Shown: one piece after another, positions 13,571 to 16,547 of the stretch
How the letters are laid out: each line of letters begins with the position of its first letter
Position numbering within the stretch: the stretch's first letter is position 1
Source of the DNA: a virus
Strand: one strand, 5' to 3'
DNA: 16,547 nt
Virus genome (UHGV): UHGV-1600615
Notes under the pieces: model-generated
Told to the model about the DNA's origin: nothing
The model's input: only the letters and a program-made list of their open reading frames with translations
Database searches by the model: none
Made by a program: the position numbers and the translations under genes

Positions 13571-14034
13571 TGATCGATGTTCGAATTATTCCCGCTACCG
13601 AAGAGCATCTTCAGATGATTTTGCCGGATGTTCGTCAGGCTGATATTGACGAACTGTATGCGGTATCGCTGATGACTACCGAAGATGCGCTGCGTGTTGG
13701 TCTGCGCACTGCGACTATGGCCTGGTCAGGATTTGCGAACGGAGAACTGGTAACCATGTTTGGCGTATCTCCGGCGTCAATGATCGGTGGCAATGGTACG
13801 CCCTGGCTGGTCGGAACCAGCCGTATCGAAAAATATCAGAAGACATTTCTTCGCCACTGCCGCCCTGTATTGCAGCAGATGCTGGCAGTTTATCCGCGCC
13901 TGGAAAACTATGTCGACGAGCGAAACCATGTTGCCAAAGCATGGCTGCACTGGCTTGGATTCAGGCTTGAAGAAGCCGCGCCTTATGGTGCTCTTGGTCT
14001 TAATTTCCACAGATTTCACATGGAGAGAAAATAA
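13570..14034 (+). CDS. Putative internal virion protein (gp13-like by position)
   Basis: 154-aa ORF, translationally coupled by a TGATG overlap. The assignment rests on synteny with T7-like modules only. Confidence 0.45.
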   Translation: MIDVRIIPATEEHLQMILPDVRQADIDELYAVSLMTTEDALRVGLRTATMAWSGFANGELVTMFGVSPASMIGGNGTPWLVGTSRIEKYQKTFLRHCRPVLQQMLAVYPRLENYVDERNHVAKAWLHWLGFRLEEAAPYGALGLNFHRFHMERK

Positions 14035-14579
14035 TGTGCGATCCGGTTATTGCTGGTGGCGCAATGCTCGCCATGAGTGGCATTCAGGCATACACCCAGT
14101 ACCAACAGGGAAAGTATGCCTCGAAGGTTGCAGAAGCGAACGCAGATATAGCCACAGCTCAGGCAAATGATGCAATAAACAGAGGTAACGCTGAAGCTGA
14201 GCAACGGCGCAGAGAGACCCGACAGCGGCTTGGTACACAGGCGGCGACAATGGGGGCTACCGGCGCTGATTTATCTACAGGTAACGCGCTGGATATATTT
14301 GGCGACACTGCCCAGTTTGGCGCTCTTGATTCTCTGACGACGGTGAATAACGCGCAACGCGAGGCTTACGGTTATCAGGTTCAGGCTGCCAACTATAAAG
14401 CAGAAGCCAGTTCAGCCCGTAAACAGGGGAATGTGGGAGCAGCAACAACATTGCTCACTGCGCCTCTGAAGGCATACGGTGCGTACCAGATGTTTGGTGG
14501 GACGTGGAGTCCGTTTACTCAAAGCACCCCTGCGCCAATCTGGGCAGCAGCAGGAACCAGATTACCCGGAGGATTATAA
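14034..14579 (+). CDS. Putative internal virion protein B (T7 gp14-like)
   Basis: 181-aa ORF with a TAATG overlap. It begins MC followed by a hydrophobic segment (MCDPVIAGGAMLAMSGIQA), as T7 gp14 does, and is Ala/Gln-rich with a Gly/Pro-rich C-terminus. The size matches gp14 (196 aa). Confidence 0.5.
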   Translation: MCDPVIAGGAMLAMSGIQAYTQYQQGKYASKVAEANADIATAQANDAINRGNAEAEQRRRETRQRLGTQAATMGATGADLSTGNALDIFGDTAQFGALDSLTTVNNAQREAYGYQVQAANYKAEASSARKQGNVGAATTLLTAPLKAYGAYQMFGGTWSPFTQSTPAPIWAAAGTRLPGGL

Positions 14580-16547
14580 TGCCAGTCGTACCAACAGTAT
14601 CCGGCCGTCAGGTTCAGAGCCGTGGAGTTCAGTCAGCAGGCTTGCAGACGTTTTCTCAGCCAGGTATTGGTGATGCTTTTGTTCGGGCAGGGACAGAGGC
14701 AATTGATGTTTTTGGTCAGGCAAAACAGCGTGCCAATATCGCTCTGGCTCAGGAGGCATCTCTTAACCTCAGTCAGATAAGCAGTGATCTGCTGAATAAT
14801 CCTGAAACAGGATTGCTTAACCTGAAAGGGAAAAATGCTATTGGAAAAGGTCAGGAGTATACGCAGCAGTTTGATGCTCAGGCCGAACAACTGGCTATGT
14901 CGCTGCCGGATGAACAGGCTCGTAATGCTTTCATGCAGCAGGCGCAGCAGCAGCGCATTCAGTTCACTACGCAGGCAGGGCGGCACGAGATAGGGCAAAT
15001 AAATGCCTACGAAGAAGGCCAGTTTCAGGCTACGCTGCTGAACAATGGTAAAAATGCCGCAGCATTGTATGGCGACAACGCCGCATATGTATTGGCTAAT
15101 AAGCAAACTTTCCAGCAAATTGAGGATTACGGCATTGCACATGGCTGGAGTGACGAGCAAATCCAGGCCAAGAAAATCGAGTTTAAAGAGAAGGTTGCTG
15201 ATGCCGCATTGTCCCAGTGGTCGGCAAACAATGCGACCGCATTCATCCAAAGTAATGGCGAGTTAAGTGATACTGCTGCTGGAGCTCGCCGTGCTGTAGC
15301 AGATAGTGACTCTTCCGAGCGTGCCCGTGGCATACGCAACAATAACCCAGGAAATCTCGAATACAGCAAAACTAATCCGTGGGTAGGCCAGACCGGTGAT
15401 GATGGTCGATTTGCTAAATTCGAAACACCTGAACACGGGATTCGTGCATTAGGGCGAAACCTGATGTCGTATCAGAGGCAGGGTATTGATACCGTCAGCG
15501 AGATAATTAATCGCTGGGCACCGCCTACTGATAAAAATGATACTATGTCGTATATCAAAGCAGTGTGCGAACAACTTGGCGTTTCTGCTGATGATCCTCT
15601 CGATGCATCTAATCCTGATACCCTGAAGGCGCTTTGTGCAGCCATTATCCATCATGAGAACGGTAGCCAGCCATACAGTGATCAGCAGTTAACTGCTGGT
15701 GTCAGTGCAGCACTTGGTTTATCAACAATTCCAACCAACACCAAACGCTATACCGGTAATGCAGCATTCGATGCGGCATCTCCTGAGGCGCAGGCAAGTT
15801 TTATGCGACAGGCGGATCAACTGCGTCGGCAGCAGCAGGCTGAATATAAAACGATGATTGACAGCCAGGTTCGCGATGCGACAGCTGCATATATGCGTGG
15901 CGTTGAATTTCCTAACCCACCTGGTGAGGATGATTTTATTGCAGCTTATGGAGTCAGAGAAGGAAACCTGCGATATACCGAGTTTAAGAATACGCAGATC
16001 GCCGGACAGTATATAGGCTCTTTCCGCAACATGCCGACAAGCAGCATTACAGCATATGTTGAGCAATTACGCCCGGATACTGGTGATACAGGGGAGGGCT
16101 ATGCGGCACGCGCAGCTCTTTATGACAACGTTGTTTCGGCTGCAAATCAGGTGATAAAGCAGCGGCAGTCGGATCCTGTGCAGTTCTCTCTTGCCTCCGG
16201 ACAGGCAAAGCCTATCGACATGAGCAATAAGGATAACTTTGGACAGAGCGTTGCCTTGCGTGCCGCTCAGGTCAGTGACCTTGCTAAGTCATATGGCACT
16301 CCACTGACGTTCTTTTCCAAAGACGAGGCCAATCAGATCGGTGTTTTCTTTCGTGATGCTCCAGTTTCCCAACAGGCAGCATATCTCGATACCATCAGGC
16401 AGAGCACTGGTGGTGGGCAGGTGTATATGTCAGCACTACAGCAGATCAGTACCAACGCTCCATCTGCTGCCGTTGCAAAAACCTACCTGAATATCAGTGT
16501 GAAACAGAACGCTGCTGCACTGACACAGGCTAAGAACGTTACAATCA
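14579..16547 (+). CDS. Large internal virion/ejection protein (gp15/gp16-like), 3' end outside the window
   Basis: The frame is open from the ATG at 14579 (TAATG overlap) to the window end, at least 656 codons. It is absent from the ORF track only because it has no stop in the window. It follows the gp14-like gene and contains a conserved-looking block RNNNPGNLEY...RFAKFETPEHGIRAL...IINRWAP. Confidence 0.65.
   Translation, partial: MPVVPTVSGRQVQSRGVQSAGLQTFSQPGIGDAFVRAGTEAIDVFGQAKQRANIALAQEASLNLSQISSDLLNNPETGLLNLKGKNAIGKGQEYTQQFDAQAEQLAMSLPDEQARNAFMQQAQQQRIQFTTQAGRHEIGQINAYEEGQFQATLLNNGKNAAALYGDNAAYVLANKQTFQQIEDYGIAHGWSDEQIQAKKIEFKEKVADAALSQWSANNATAFIQSNGELSDTAAGARRAVADSDSSERARGIRNNNPGNLEYSKTNPWVGQTGDDGRFAKFETPEHGIRALGRNLMSYQRQGIDTVSEIINRWAPPTDKNDTMSYIKAVCEQLGVSADDPLDASNPDTLKALCAAIIHHENGSQPYSDQQLTAGVSAALGLSTIPTNTKRYTGNAAFDAASPEAQASFMRQADQLRRQQQAEYKTMIDSQVRDATAAYMRGVEFPNPPGEDDFIAAYGVREGNLRYTEFKNTQIAGQYIGSFRNMPTSSITAYVEQLRPDTGDTGEGYAARAALYDNVVSAANQVIKQRQSDPVQFSLASGQAKPIDMSNKDNFGQSVALRAAQVSDLAKSYGTPLTFFSKDEANQIGVFFRDAPVSQQAAYLDTIRQSTGGGQVYMSALQQISTNAPSAAVAKTYLNISVKQNAAALTQAKNVTI

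Noticed and set aside
1-16547. tRNA, rRNA, CRISPR arrays, integrase or transposase genes, attachment sites
   Set aside because: No tRNA-like cloverleaf signatures, no regularly spaced repeat-spacer arrays and no recombinase motifs were seen. The window appears to lie entirely inside the phage replication-to-virion region.

Overview
This window reads as temperate-phage or prophage DNA from an enterobacterial-type host, with every supported gene on the + strand. Positions 1-49 are an untrimmed Illumina adapter, so the 5' edge is a library-fragment end rather than biology. From 5' to 3' it carries the tail of an upstream replication gene, a lambda P-like helicase loader, a nin-like block of small accessory genes (DUF1064-like, Ead/Ea22-like, DUF551-like), a small putative regulator followed by a terminator, the small terminase, head genes (scaffold, major capsid), T7-like tail tubular proteins A and B, and internal virion proteins, the last running off the 3' end. 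The most unusual feature is the 820-aa ORF at 4831..7293, which looks like a large terminase fused in frame to only the C-terminal two thirds of a podovirus portal, with overlapping EcoRI/SmaI/KpnI sites (GAATTCCCGGGTACC) exactly at the junction. No tRNA, rRNA, CRISPR array, integrase or transposase was seen. All protein calls rest on motifs read by eye and recalled family similarity; no searches were run.
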